Shown here in pieces: positions 28,131 to 37,384 of a DNA stretch of 47,355 nt. The translations under genes were made by a program, and so were the position numbers. A model generated the notes under the pieces. The model was not told the origin of the DNA. It did not search any database and was given only the letters and a program-made list of their open reading frames with translations. This DNA is from Planctomycetota bacterium. Lineage in GTDB: Bacteria; Planctomycetota; Planctomycetia; Pirellulales; Pirellulaceae. The DNA lies in assembly GCA_036338835.1 (NCBI GenBank), contig JAYZBF010000167.1, positions 1 to 47,355 on the forward strand. The letters are read 5' to 3'. Every line of letters starts with the position of its first letter. Within the stretch, counting starts at the first letter, position 1.

Positions 28131-29120
28131 ATGAACGAAGACATTATTGGATTTGTGCTGGGTGCTTTAGATGCCCAAGAACACCAACGTATCGAGAATT
28201 TGGTGCGTAGCGATACCGAATTGCAATCACAAGTGGATTTGATTCGCCGTAGCCTGCTACCTTTGGAATCGTACCGTCACTGCGAACCCCCTTCCGATTT
28301 GCACAACCAAACACTTGCATATGTGTTTGACCAAGTCGATGCTCACAAGGTTGGATCAGCGGTCCCAATGGTTCAACCAGCATTTGCCAGCAAACAACTT
28401 GTCGCCAGTTCACGGCGATCGTGGCGGCCAATGGACATCCTCGTGACGGGCATTGTGGCGGCGAGTTTACTAATGTTACTTTCGCCCGCACTATTTAACA
28501 GTCGCTTTGCTGCTGAGCTACGACAATGCCAAAACAACCTGCAAAAACTCTACGCTGGTTTCAGCAATTACAGCATCACCCACGACGGTGAATTTCCAAC
28601 CGTCCCCAATAACTCCGCTTTTGCAACCTCCGGCGCATACGCTCCCATTTTGATTGAACAAGGCTATGTCGAGGACGACGGTAATTTCTTTTGTCCAGCG
28701 GCCTTCGAATCCATTGCCTGGCGACAGCAAGGAATTCCAACTAGGCAATCCGTAACGAACGCCAGCGTCGAAGATATATCTGCTATGCAGCAACGCATGG
28801 GAGGCACATATGGCTACAGTGTTGGCTACCAAGCGGGTGGTCGTATCCGCGCAATTCGTAATCAACAGCGACCAAATTTTGCTCTCATTGCTGATCGCCC
28901 CAGTGGCGAATCCATCCGTCGTTACAGCATGAACCACGGTGGTCTGGGACAAAACATTCTCTTTGAAAACGGGCATGTTGCGTTCGTGCGTGGAACACAA
29001 TCTGTCGGACTTGGAGATCACTATTACGTCAGCGACCGTGGCATCGTTGAGCCGGGTGTCCATCGTGATGATTCAGTCATCATGGAAAGCGGCATCCCGA
29101 TCACGAATGTCTCGCAATAA
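28131..29120 (+). CDS. Putative anti-sigma factor: cytoplasmic N-terminal domain, one TM helix, extracytoplasmic DUF1559/pseudopilin-like domain
   Basis: It starts 3 nt after the sigma stop. The N-terminus (GFVLGALDAQEHQRIENLV) is anti-sigma-like, and the TM helix is ILVTGIVAASLLMLLSPALF. RQCQNNLQKLYAGFSNYSITHDGEFP and the C-terminal HGGLGQNILFENGHVAFV resemble DUF1559 hallmark blocks. Confidence 0.6.
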   Translation: MNEDIIGFVLGALDAQEHQRIENLVRSDTELQSQVDLIRRSLLPLESYRHCEPPSDLHNQTLAYVFDQVDAHKVGSAVPMVQPAFASKQLVASSRRSWRPMDILVTGIVAASLLMLLSPALFNSRFAAELRQCQNNLQKLYAGFSNYSITHDGEFPTVPNNSAFATSGAYAPILIEQGYVEDDGNFFCPAAFESIAWRQQGIPTRQSVTNASVEDISAMQQRMGGTYGYSVGYQAGGRIRAIRNQQRPNFALIADRPSGESIRRYSMNHGGLGQNILFENGHVAFVRGTQSVGLGDHYYVSDRGIVEPGVHRDDSVIMESGIPITNVSQ

Positions 29121-29216
29121 AAAAGCCGCGACACTCCATGATTGGATTGGCACTCGTTTGGTGTACAATACCTACAGTCTTGCCTGTTCCACCTTTCTTT
29201 TTACTAAGAGGCGCGT

Positions 29217-30149
29217 GTGTCCGCTGCTATCAACAATGTTCATAACATCGATTGCATCGAGGGCATGCAAAGCTTAGCAACGGGTAGTGTTGATCTCGTG
29301 TTCGCAGATCCACCGTTCAATATTGGTTATGACTATGATGTTTACCAAGACAATCTCAAAACGGACGACTATTTGGAGTGGACGAGCCGCTGGATCGAGC
29401 AGGTCGTACGCGTCCTCAAAGACGACGGCACATTCTGGCTCGCTATCGGCGACGAATATGCCGCCGAGATGAAAGTCTTGATGCAGCGGGAATTTGGCTT
29501 AACCTGCCGTAGTTGGGTTATTTGGTATTACACGTTTGGCGTGAACTGCAAGCGCAAGTTTAATCGCTCGCACGCTCACTTATTTCATATGGTCAAAGAC
29601 CCGAAGCAGTTCACATTCAACACTCCCGAAATACGCGTGCCGTCCGCGCGACAATTAGTCTACGGTGACAAGCGGGCAAATCCCAAAGGCCGTTTGCCTG
29701 ATGATACATGGGTCCTGCGGCCACAAGATTTGCCCGAAGGTTTCACTGTAGATGACGACACGTGGTATTTCCCTCGAGTTGCCGGGACCTTTAAAGAACG
29801 TTTAGGGGTGCATGGTTGTCAAATGCCAGAGCAGTTACTCGGACGTATCATCCGCGCCTCAAGCAACTCAGGTGAATTGGTAATGGACCCGTTCGCAGGT
29901 AGTGGCACCACACTTGCAGTCGCTAAAAAGTTGCAACGCGATTACTTGGGATTTGAATTATCAGAACAGTATATTAACGCGGTCGAAACTCGACTTCAGC
30001 AAATCACGCCCGGCGACGATTTAGACGGAGCACCTGAACCGCATATTAGTGCACCTTCAACCGCCAACGGACGCCGCTTAGGTAGTAAACCCAAAAAGAA
30101 AACACCCCAAAACACAGACCAACCATCGTTACCAGGAATTGACGTATGA
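29217..30149 (+). CDS. DNA methyltransferase, beta class (N6-adenine or N4-cytosine; motif IV precedes motif I)
   Basis: [11 protein letters not shown] (motif IV, 29307-29318 encodes DPPF) lies upstream of [10 protein letters not shown] (motif I). The start is GTG. The C-terminus has a basic/Pro-rich tail. No nuclease-like neighbour is present. Confidence 0.85.
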   Translation: MSAAINNVHNIDCIEGMQSLATGSVDLVFADPPFNIGYDYDVYQDNLKTDDYLEWTSRWIEQVVRVLKDDGTFWLAIGDEYAAEMKVLMQREFGLTCRSWVIWYYTFGVNCKRKFNRSHAHLFHMVKDPKQFTFNTPEIRVPSARQLVYGDKRANPKGRLPDDTWVLRPQDLPEGFTVDDDTWYFPRVAGTFKERLGVHGCQMPEQLLGRIIRASSNSGELVMDPFAGSGTTLAVAKKLQRDYLGFELSEQYINAVETRLQQITPGDDLDGAPEPHISAPSTANGRRLGSKPKKKTPQNTDQPSLPGIDV

Positions 30150-30967
30150 AGTACGCGATTTGCAATGAGACGTTTCAAGAATGGCCTTTTGAAAAAGCAT
30201 TCGCCACCGCCAAAAGCCTTGGCTATGACGCACTGGAATTTGCTCCATTTACTATCGAAGAAAACGTGTTCGATATTTCAACCGAACGCAGAACTAGCGT
30301 TCGACAACTTGCAGACGACCACGGACTGGAAATCATTGGTTTGCATTGGCTCCTCGCGAAAACTGAAGGACTCTATCTAACGAGCCCTGACGCTGCAATC
30401 CGGCGACAGACTGCTGAGTATCTAGCCGAGCTAGCAAGACTCTGCAGCGACTTGGGCGGACATGTAATGGTACTTGGATCTCCACAACAACGGAATTTAC
30501 TGCCGGGTATCGATCACGATACGGCACTTAATTATGCCGCCGATGTTTTGCGACAAGTCGTACCAATCTTAGACGAACTGCATGTTATTATTGCCGTGGA
30601 ACCCTTATCGCCATTAGAAGGTGATTTTTTACTGACCGCTGACCAAGGTGCCGACCTGTGTTCACGCGTTGCTGCCGAAAATGTGCAATTGCACTTGGAC
30701 GTGAAAGCGATGTGCTCAATGGGTGAACCTGTCGATGGAATCATCCGCAGACACGCGGATATTACTGCCCATTTTCATGCTAACGATGAAAACCTGCGGG
30801 GGCCAGGTATGGGGGATGTTGATTTTTTGCCGATAATGCAAGCGCTCAAAGATACCAACTACAGCGGCTGGGTCAGTGTCGAAGTATTTGATTACGAACC
30901 GGGAGTAGAGACGTTAGCCAGTGACAGTATCCGCTATCTACGGGAAATCGAATCACAACTCGTTTGA
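30146..30967 (+). CDS. Sugar phosphate isomerase/epimerase (xylose isomerase-like TIM barrel)
   Basis: The overall pattern fits the AP_endonuc_2/xylose-isomerase-like TIM family ([27 protein letters not shown]). The ATG overlaps the methyltransferase stop (ATGA at 30146-30149). Confidence 0.7.
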   Translation: MKYAICNETFQEWPFEKAFATAKSLGYDALEFAPFTIEENVFDISTERRTSVRQLADDHGLEIIGLHWLLAKTEGLYLTSPDAAIRRQTAEYLAELARLCSDLGGHVMVLGSPQQRNLLPGIDHDTALNYAADVLRQVVPILDELHVIIAVEPLSPLEGDFLLTADQGADLCSRVAAENVQLHLDVKAMCSMGEPVDGIIRRHADITAHFHANDENLRGPGMGDVDFLPIMQALKDTNYSGWVSVEVFDYEPGVETLASDSIRYLREIESQLV

Positions 30968-30982
30968 TCGAAAGTACTAGTA

Positions 30983-32143
30983 ATGCAAGCTGAATGGCTG
31001 ATTTGGATCACAGTGTTTCACGTACTGGCCATCACAATATTCGAAGGCCTTGCGCATTACTCGTTGTCATCTTTGCCTCAATTGCGCGACCAACCCATTC
31101 CCGAGGGCGCCCTGTGGCCCAGCGTTACCATTGTCATCGCCGCGCGCAATGAAGAACGTGACATCGAACCCGCCATCCAGTCGATGTTGAAATTAGATTA
31201 TCCAAATCTGCGGTTCACAGCAGTCAATGATCGCTCAACCGACAGTACCGGCGATATCTTAGATCGATTAGCTCATGGTGATCGACGACTGCATGTTGCT
31301 CACGTCGAAGAATTACCCTCGGGCTGGCTCGGTAAAAACCACGCTTTGCAACTCGGCGCTGACGAGTCACAAACAGACTACCTGCTTTTTACCGATGCGG
31401 ACGTCTCCTTTGACCCCCTCTGCTTGCGTCGCGCCGTTGCCTACAGCCAACAATACCAAGTCGACCATCTGACAATGTTTCCGAGTGTACCGATGCCTAA
31501 TTTATGGCTAGATGCGTTCGTGATATTCTTTTTTCGTGTTTTCATAGTGTTCTATCGGGCATGGCAAGTAGCCAATCCGCGCCGTACTGCGGCGTTGGGC
31601 TTAGGCGCATTCAACTTGATCCGCAAAGAGGTCTACGAACAAATTCAAGGGCATCACAAAATCAGCATGGAAGTGGTTGATGATTTGATGATTGGACAGC
31701 TCATCAAGCGGCAAGGCTTTCGTCAACATGTACTCCAAGCGCGGGAGGATATAAGTGTTCCTTGGTATCAGTCTATTTCTGAACTAGTCGTTGGCTTAGA
31801 CAAAAACGTATACGCCACCGTTGGATATAATTTGGGGCTGATGACCCTCGCCGTAATAAGTTTAGCCTTAACGTTTCTCTGGCCATTCATCGGCATATTT
31901 GTTTTACCAGATACCCCCCAGATGTTGCTCAGCGTCGTTTGTGTGCTGCTGCTAGTCTCGTCGGCCATCATGGCGTGGCGTATTCGAGTGAACCCAATCT
32001 GCGCACTATTTCTTCCGTGGATTATTATCGTGTTTGTTTTCACAATAATTCGCGCTACCGTTTTATTTTATATCCGCGGTGGCATAAAATGGCGCGATAC
32101 GCTGTATACCCGTAAAGAACTACTGACCAATCGAATCAAGTGA
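30983..32143 (+). CDS. Family 2 glycosyltransferase, membrane-bound
   Basis: N-terminal TM helix, GT2 blocks VTIVIAARNEE, VNDRSTDSTGDIL, GWLGKNHAL and FTDADV, and C-terminal TM helices. Confidence 0.8.
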   Translation: MQAEWLIWITVFHVLAITIFEGLAHYSLSSLPQLRDQPIPEGALWPSVTIVIAARNEERDIEPAIQSMLKLDYPNLRFTAVNDRSTDSTGDILDRLAHGDRRLHVAHVEELPSGWLGKNHALQLGADESQTDYLLFTDADVSFDPLCLRRAVAYSQQYQVDHLTMFPSVPMPNLWLDAFVIFFFRVFIVFYRAWQVANPRRTAALGLGAFNLIRKEVYEQIQGHHKISMEVVDDLMIGQLIKRQGFRQHVLQAREDISVPWYQSISELVVGLDKNVYATVGYNLGLMTLAVISLALTFLWPFIGIFVLPDTPQMLLSVVCVLLLVSSAIMAWRIRVNPICALFLPWIIIVFVFTIIRATVLFYIRGGIKWRDTLYTRKELLTNRIK

Positions 32144-32150
32144 GAATATT

Positions 32151-33539
32151 ATGCGATTTTGCCTATCGATGCTGTTAGCCAGCATGTTTGTCTTTAGCTG
32201 CGACGCCACAGAAAATGCGGTATGGGAAGCTGGCGTGGCCAAAGTTAAAATTACGCCAAACCATTTTATGTGGATGTCCGGTTACGGCGGACGTACTGTT
32301 CCCGCAGATGGAAAGTTGACCGATATCTGGGCCAAAGCTCTAGTATTAAGAGATCCGGACGGCCACGAAGCGGTTCTGATTACCGCGGACCTAATTGGCA
32401 TCGGGGCTGAGTCTACTAAAGTAATTGCCACGGCCTTGCAGAAAAACCATGGGCTGAGTCGCGACCAGTTTGCAATCGCTACGTCTCACACTCACACCGG
32501 CCCCGCATTAAGTGATAACCTTGTACCGCTGCATTATTTACGTGCGCCAGATGCCGAAGCCGCTAGAATCTCGCAATATACCGTTCAGCTACGTACCATG
32601 CTCATCGATGTTGTCGCCGCGGCATACAAAGCCATGCAACCTGTATCGCTAACTTGGGGCAACGGGAATTGTACTGTTGCTGTGAACCGACGTAACAACA
32701 CCGAAGCAAGTGTGCCACAGCTGCGAATCGAGGGCGAACTAAAGGGGCCGTTCGATCACGATGTGCCAGTGCTCGCTATTCGTGATGCCGATTTCAAATT
32801 GAAAACCGTCGTGTTTGGCTATGCCTGCCACTCAACCGTTCTTTCGTTTACACAATGGTCTGGTGATTACCCCGGATTTGCTCAAATAGCACTTGAGGAA
32901 ACCAATCCTGGGGTAACCGCTATGTTTTGGGCGGGTTGCGGCGCCGACCAAAACCCTTTGCCGCGCCGAACTGTCGAGCTTGCCAAATCATACGGCGGTC
33001 GCTTGGCAACCGCCGTAAACAGTGTCTTGCAAGGTCGGATGCAAAAAGTCGTTGGCCCATTACAAACTCAGTATCGGGAAATCCAAGGCCGCACAGCTGC
33101 GCCCATTACACAAAAGGAACTAGAAACAATACAACGTGACGGGAACCAGTATGAAAAACCATTTGCTCAATATCTGCTCAATCAGCTCGACAGTAAAAGC
33201 GGCTTACCGCAAACATACTCCTACCCCATTCAGACATGGCACCTAGGCAATAGTGTGCAGTGGATTTTTCTTGGCGGCGAAGTGGTGGTCGATTATGCAA
33301 TTAAAATTAAACAGGGGCCACAACCGACGAGTCCCTACCGCAGTCCTGCAATTTGGGTGGCGGGGTACAGCAACGACGTTATGGCCTATATTCCGTCGCT
33401 ACGAGTTTTGCGTGAAGGGGGCTACGAAGGGGGTGGGTCCAATACGTATTACGGTTTTCCAGCCCTGTGGCATGAAGATTTTGAGGCGCAGATTCTTACC
33501 GAAGTCCGCCGGCAAATGGACAGTACGATCACCCGCTGA
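32151..33539 (+). CDS. Neutral/alkaline ceramidase-like secreted hydrolase
   Basis: Signal peptide present. GVAKVKITP..MWMSGYG..IWAKALVL and SHTHTGP resemble the N-terminal conserved blocks of neutral non-lysosomal ceramidases. It starts 7 nt after the GT2 gene. Confidence 0.5.
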   Translation: MRFCLSMLLASMFVFSCDATENAVWEAGVAKVKITPNHFMWMSGYGGRTVPADGKLTDIWAKALVLRDPDGHEAVLITADLIGIGAESTKVIATALQKNHGLSRDQFAIATSHTHTGPALSDNLVPLHYLRAPDAEAARISQYTVQLRTMLIDVVAAAYKAMQPVSLTWGNGNCTVAVNRRNNTEASVPQLRIEGELKGPFDHDVPVLAIRDADFKLKTVVFGYACHSTVLSFTQWSGDYPGFAQIALEETNPGVTAMFWAGCGADQNPLPRRTVELAKSYGGRLATAVNSVLQGRMQKVVGPLQTQYREIQGRTAAPITQKELETIQRDGNQYEKPFAQYLLNQLDSKSGLPQTYSYPIQTWHLGNSVQWIFLGGEVVVDYAIKIKQGPQPTSPYRSPAIWVAGYSNDVMAYIPSLRVLREGGYEGGGSNTYYGFPALWHEDFEAQILTEVRRQMDSTITR

Positions 33540-33599
33540 TCAATGTCAAAATAGCTTTTGTAACGACTCTCTAAATTCATGCGGCAGTATCTAAGCCGT

Positions 33600-34004
33600 T
33601 TAGCCGCCTGCGCGAAGTTCCGCTAGGTGCTGAGCAGTACCAACGAGACGGTCCCAGTTCTCATAGATATATTCTGGTGGACCACCAATTTGAGCTACGA
33701 CAGCCGCAACATGCTCCGTGGGAACCATTTCGATCGCATCCCATGGACAAACGAGAAGCTCATATGGATTTGAAGATTTCGTGGGAATATGCACACACAC
33801 GTCACACCCAACACATGCTTCTAAGTCGATTTCACACCAACTTTGGTTGCCCTTCGTACCCAAGCCGAAGTGCTTCATTTCAATACAGTCCACTGGACAT
33901 ACTTCAAGGCATGCCTCGCAACCTGTGCAATTATCAGCATTGATGACAGCTAATGTCTTGGGCACTTTTTTTCGGGCTGTTTTTTTTGCGGCCATCAAAG
34001 GCAT
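33600..34004 (-). CDS. 2x[4Fe-4S]-type ferredoxin-like protein with a basic N-terminal tail
   Basis: CTGCEACLEVCP is a canonical cluster motif. The second motif, CVGCDVC-x15-CP, has an insertion. The start is uncertain (ATG at 34004 or 33995), and the upstream part of the ORF is probably not translated. Confidence 0.75.
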   Translation of the reverse strand: MPLMAAKKTARKKVPKTLAVINADNCTGCEACLEVCPVDCIEMKHFGLGTKGNQSWCEIDLEACVGCDVCVHIPTKSSNPYELLVCPWDAIEMVPTEHVAAVVAQIGGPPEYIYENWDRLVGTAQHLAELRAGG

Positions 34005-34134
34005 CCTTTGAAAGTTGAGCACTACCTGTATTTTAGGTATCTCGTTGTGGTGTTGATTATAAATACTAATCGGCACGGAGCAAATAGGTTAGCCAACGAA
34101 AGTCGCCATTGCTGACGTCTTTGGCGGCACTTTT

Positions 34135-35421
34135 TTATGCGTCCACAACTCGTTCGTCGACCATCAAAGCGTCGTATGTCTGCCGTACTCGTATCAAATG
34201 CGGTATTCCATCTTGAATCATTACTTCGGCAGCAAGCAATTTCGAATTATAATTGGAGCCCATCACGCTGCCGTAAGCACCGGCACACTCAAGCACTAAG
34301 TAATCTCCAACTTGTGCCTCTGGTAAACTTCGAGTGCAAACGAAGCCGCCCTCCTGTTGAGTAAATATATCACCCGATTCGCATAATGGCCCACCGACGA
34401 CAACATCAATATGCTGGCGATTCTCGTCCTCTTCAACTGCAATTGAAATCGGGTGATAGGCGCCGTACATAATTGGTCGAGCGAGGTTATTGAAACCAGC
34501 GTCAACCAAATAAAATTGTTTATCCGAAGTCGTTTTTATTGATCGAATTTGAGTTACTAAGAATCCGCTTTCCGCCACTAAGAAACGGCCAGGTTCGATT
34601 TCCAAGCACAACTCATGACCAACTTGGTCGACAATTCGCTGCCGCGCAGCGTTCCACAAACCATAGAACTGTCCTAAATCAATATGTTCCTCTTCAGCGC
34701 TGTAAGGAATCGGCAACCCACCACCGGTACTAATCGTCCGAACCGTATCGCCAACAACGGCAGCCGCGTTTTCAAGCGCGCCACAAACCTGTGACAAATG
34801 CTCCATATCACACCCTGAACCAATATGCATATGCAATCCGGAAATGGTGATGTCATATTGAGCGGCAAGCGTCTTACACTCTTCTAGTTGCTCGTGCCAA
34901 ATTCCATGTTTTGATTGAGAGCCGCCCGTATTTGTCTTTTCGCTGTGCCCGTGCCCAAACCCAGGGTTGATCCGCAACGTGATTTCTACGCCCGGCGCCA
35001 CCTTGCCGAGTTGTTCAATCATATCCACCGAACCACAATTAACGTGAATACGGTGTTCCTGCACAAGTGCCAACGCATCCTGATCAAAAATATCTGCGGT
35101 ATAAACAATCTCATGCCGCCCGCTCGCATCGCTGCCTCCTTGATATCCAACCCGTAGTGCGCGATGGATTTCACCGGCGCTGACCGCATCAAGAACAACT
35201 CCCTGCTGTTTCATCAACGCTAAAACCGCTAGGTTCGAATTGGCTTTTTGGGCGTAACGGACCACATCGAATTCACTAAGCTCCGCCACGCGTCGCAAAA
35301 TAACTTCCGCGTCATAAACGAAGGTTGGTGTGCTGAATTGCGTTGCAATTTCTTTAATTGAAATCGCCGCGATATGAGTGCGCGTGGTTGAAAATATTTT
35401 TTTGGAAGTAGAGCTCGACAT
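34135..35421 (-). CDS. lysA: Diaminopimelate decarboxylase
   Basis: Collinear with E. coli LysA: FDVVRYAQKANSN (PLP Lys), RINPGFGHGHSEKTNTGG, HMHIGSG, EPGRFLVAESG, GPLCESGD. Confidence 0.95.
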   Translation of the reverse strand: MSSSTSKKIFSTTRTHIAAISIKEIATQFSTPTFVYDAEVILRRVAELSEFDVVRYAQKANSNLAVLALMKQQGVVLDAVSAGEIHRALRVGYQGGSDASGRHEIVYTADIFDQDALALVQEHRIHVNCGSVDMIEQLGKVAPGVEITLRINPGFGHGHSEKTNTGGSQSKHGIWHEQLEECKTLAAQYDITISGLHMHIGSGCDMEHLSQVCGALENAAAVVGDTVRTISTGGGLPIPYSAEEEHIDLGQFYGLWNAARQRIVDQVGHELCLEIEPGRFLVAESGFLVTQIRSIKTTSDKQFYLVDAGFNNLARPIMYGAYHPISIAVEEDENRQHIDVVVGGPLCESGDIFTQQEGGFVCTRSLPEAQVGDYLVLECAGAYGSVMGSNYNSKLLAAEVMIQDGIPHLIRVRQTYDALMVDERVVDA

Positions 35422-35454
35422 CGTTAAACCTAAAAGTCACAAACAGGGGTTGGC

Positions 35455-35500
35455 TGAAAATAAAAAAGCGGTGTCAGGCTGATGACCCGACACCGCTTTT
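35455..35500 (-). terminator. Rho-independent terminator (read on the minus strand: GCGGTGTC.GG-loop-CC.GACACCGC followed by TTTTTTATTTT)
   Basis: The stem spans 35468-35496, with 8 perfect outer bp plus 2 inner GC pairs. The U-tract lies at 35457-35467 on the minus strand. It sits 23 nt downstream of the 35523 stop. Confidence 0.75.
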
Positions 35501-35522
35501 ATCATCTGGTCAATAACTTTGC

Positions 35523-37202
35523 TTAAAAAGGGCTGTCATCCAATCCTGCTTCAGCTTGAGCGGCCATTATGCCAACTGCAATGGCTTTCAACACACCGGC
35601 TTCAAGCTCAATGCGGTAACGAGCACCATTCTTGATCGCAGTGAGTTCCATGCTAGCAGTATCCTTACCGGCAATAGATCCAGCAGCGGCAGCGGCTTGC
35701 TGTAAACTCAAATCTTGCGTTTGCTCAGCGGCAAACTGCAAAATCTTCTTCGCCGAACCCTTTAACAAGGCGGCTGAAACTTTTTTGCCTTTATCCGCGG
35801 CGGATGCATCGATTGCGGCTGACAATCGTTTGAGACTGTCTTTGCCGACGCCAATGTAAACACGATCAGGGCCCATACCGATACTAATTTCAACAGCATC
35901 GCCAAAAGCTGACCGCGCTTCGGCTTCGTATTCAGGAATCGGAATTTGAATCACATGAAAAGAAGTATCGCCTTTTTTCTGTGCGTCGATTTCTACTTCC
36001 GGAAAAGAAGGGTCTTGCTCAGTGGCAATTTTTACAAAGTCACGGACAATTTGATCAAGCTGTTCGGCTTGTGGCACGACCGCAGCTGCGATCACTGAGA
36101 TCCCCGCATCGGTCAAATCCACGCTGCCGGCCAAATCAATTTTGCCTGAGCTAAGTGTAGCCTTACCAACATCCATGAAAGTAGAAATCGCTTTGATCGC
36201 CAAACCCCGCAATTCCTCATTAGGAATCGTTGGGTCGTTTTGAATTTGAGCAATTGCCTGACTTCGCAAAGCTTCGAGTGATATATTGATTTGCTCTGCT
36301 TGAGCTGTATCAAACGACGATGACAAATTCATTTGCGTGGCAGCTGAGTCGGTTAGAAAACCGGCCAATTGTGTGGTCGTATCTTCGTAAGCAAACTGCT
36401 TCGCCGTCTCCGTTCCCTCTTTGGCTGTAATGCCAAAATCGAAATAAACCGATTGCCGCGTTTGATCGATGTTCAATCCGACGGTAATCGACTCAAGCTC
36501 GTTGATCATCTTTTGGACGTCTGCCATGCCTTGTTGAGCAATCGCTCGACGTGCTTCAAATGCTTCTTCCGTTTCATTTGGCAATGGCTGTTGAATCGAC
36601 TGTTGCATACCAACTTCGATCTGACTCATCATCAATTGCTTGAATACTTCGGGAATTGCATCGATATTACCTTGAATGGCAACGTCATATTGCTTATCCA
36701 AGCCACCTAGCAATGCAACTGGGTCGGCAGGCGGGGTAACAAGCGCTTCTTTGGTATTGGAAACAAATGCCCAGCCGGTACCTTTTTTAATGTAAATAGG
36801 TGTTCCGCCAGCATCAATCTTGGTTAAGCCTTCGGGTGTCGATTCAGCAATAATGCCAAAACCTGCCAGCGTCTGTAAAATTACATCGACATTATTAGTT
36901 GGAATAAATGCCAGCAGTTTATAGCCCAATATTCCATCTGGCTGGACGATCACACCAATTGGCTTGGTCGTGTCCAACATTTCAGCAAATCCCGCTCCTT
37001 GTAGTTCCACAAGTTGAGCGGTTCCCGGAGGACCCACTAGATCAAGCAAATAAACGAGATCTTTTGATAAGTCGGCGTAATTATTAATTGCCACTATCGC
37101 CATCGGTTTTTCGGCCGCGGTCTGAGCGTCAACTTGCATTTGAGGCAAAACGAGCCCCAACAACATTGCTGCAACGAGCGTTGCTTGTTTGAAAATTTTC
37201 AT
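35523..37202 (-). CDS. Secreted protein of unknown function (559 aa)
   Basis: ATG at 37202 with GGAG about 9 nt upstream. Signal peptide MKIFKQATLVAAMLLGLVLPQMQVDAQT. The sequence is Ala/Gln/Ile-rich with no motif I recognise. Confidence 0.6.
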   Translation of the reverse strand: MKIFKQATLVAAMLLGLVLPQMQVDAQTAAEKPMAIVAINNYADLSKDLVYLLDLVGPPGTAQLVELQGAGFAEMLDTTKPIGVIVQPDGILGYKLLAFIPTNNVDVILQTLAGFGIIAESTPEGLTKIDAGGTPIYIKKGTGWAFVSNTKEALVTPPADPVALLGGLDKQYDVAIQGNIDAIPEVFKQLMMSQIEVGMQQSIQQPLPNETEEAFEARRAIAQQGMADVQKMINELESITVGLNIDQTRQSVYFDFGITAKEGTETAKQFAYEDTTTQLAGFLTDSAATQMNLSSSFDTAQAEQINISLEALRSQAIAQIQNDPTIPNEELRGLAIKAISTFMDVGKATLSSGKIDLAGSVDLTDAGISVIAAAVVPQAEQLDQIVRDFVKIATEQDPSFPEVEIDAQKKGDTSFHVIQIPIPEYEAEARSAFGDAVEISIGMGPDRVYIGVGKDSLKRLSAAIDASAADKGKKVSAALLKGSAKKILQFAAEQTQDLSLQQAAAAAGSIAGKDTASMELTAIKNGARYRIELEAGVLKAIAVGIMAAQAEAGLDDSPF

Positions 37203-37384
37203 AATAACCTTCTCCAAAAAGGGAGTTTTAAGATACGGGGTCGGAGGTTAGCGGTGGCTTGCTATCGTACTAATGATGGCCCGCCAACCAAAATGACTAT
37301 TCCCATTCCGTTGGTCTATATTTGACAGAATCCATCGCTGTCACTGATTCAATATATATTCGCTTAAAATCGTAAAGTATTAGA

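Noticed and set aside
29217-33539. Methyltransferase-led gene run, considered as a restriction-modification or other defence locus.
   Set aside because: There are no nuclease, helicase, ATPase or specificity genes. The neighbours are metabolic or envelope enzymes. I interpret the methyltransferase as an orphan.
35422-35522. Lysine riboswitch (L-box) upstream of lysA.
   Set aside because: Only about 100 nt separate lysA from the preceding stop codon. That is too short for an L-box aptamer plus expression platform, and I saw no conserved L-box core.
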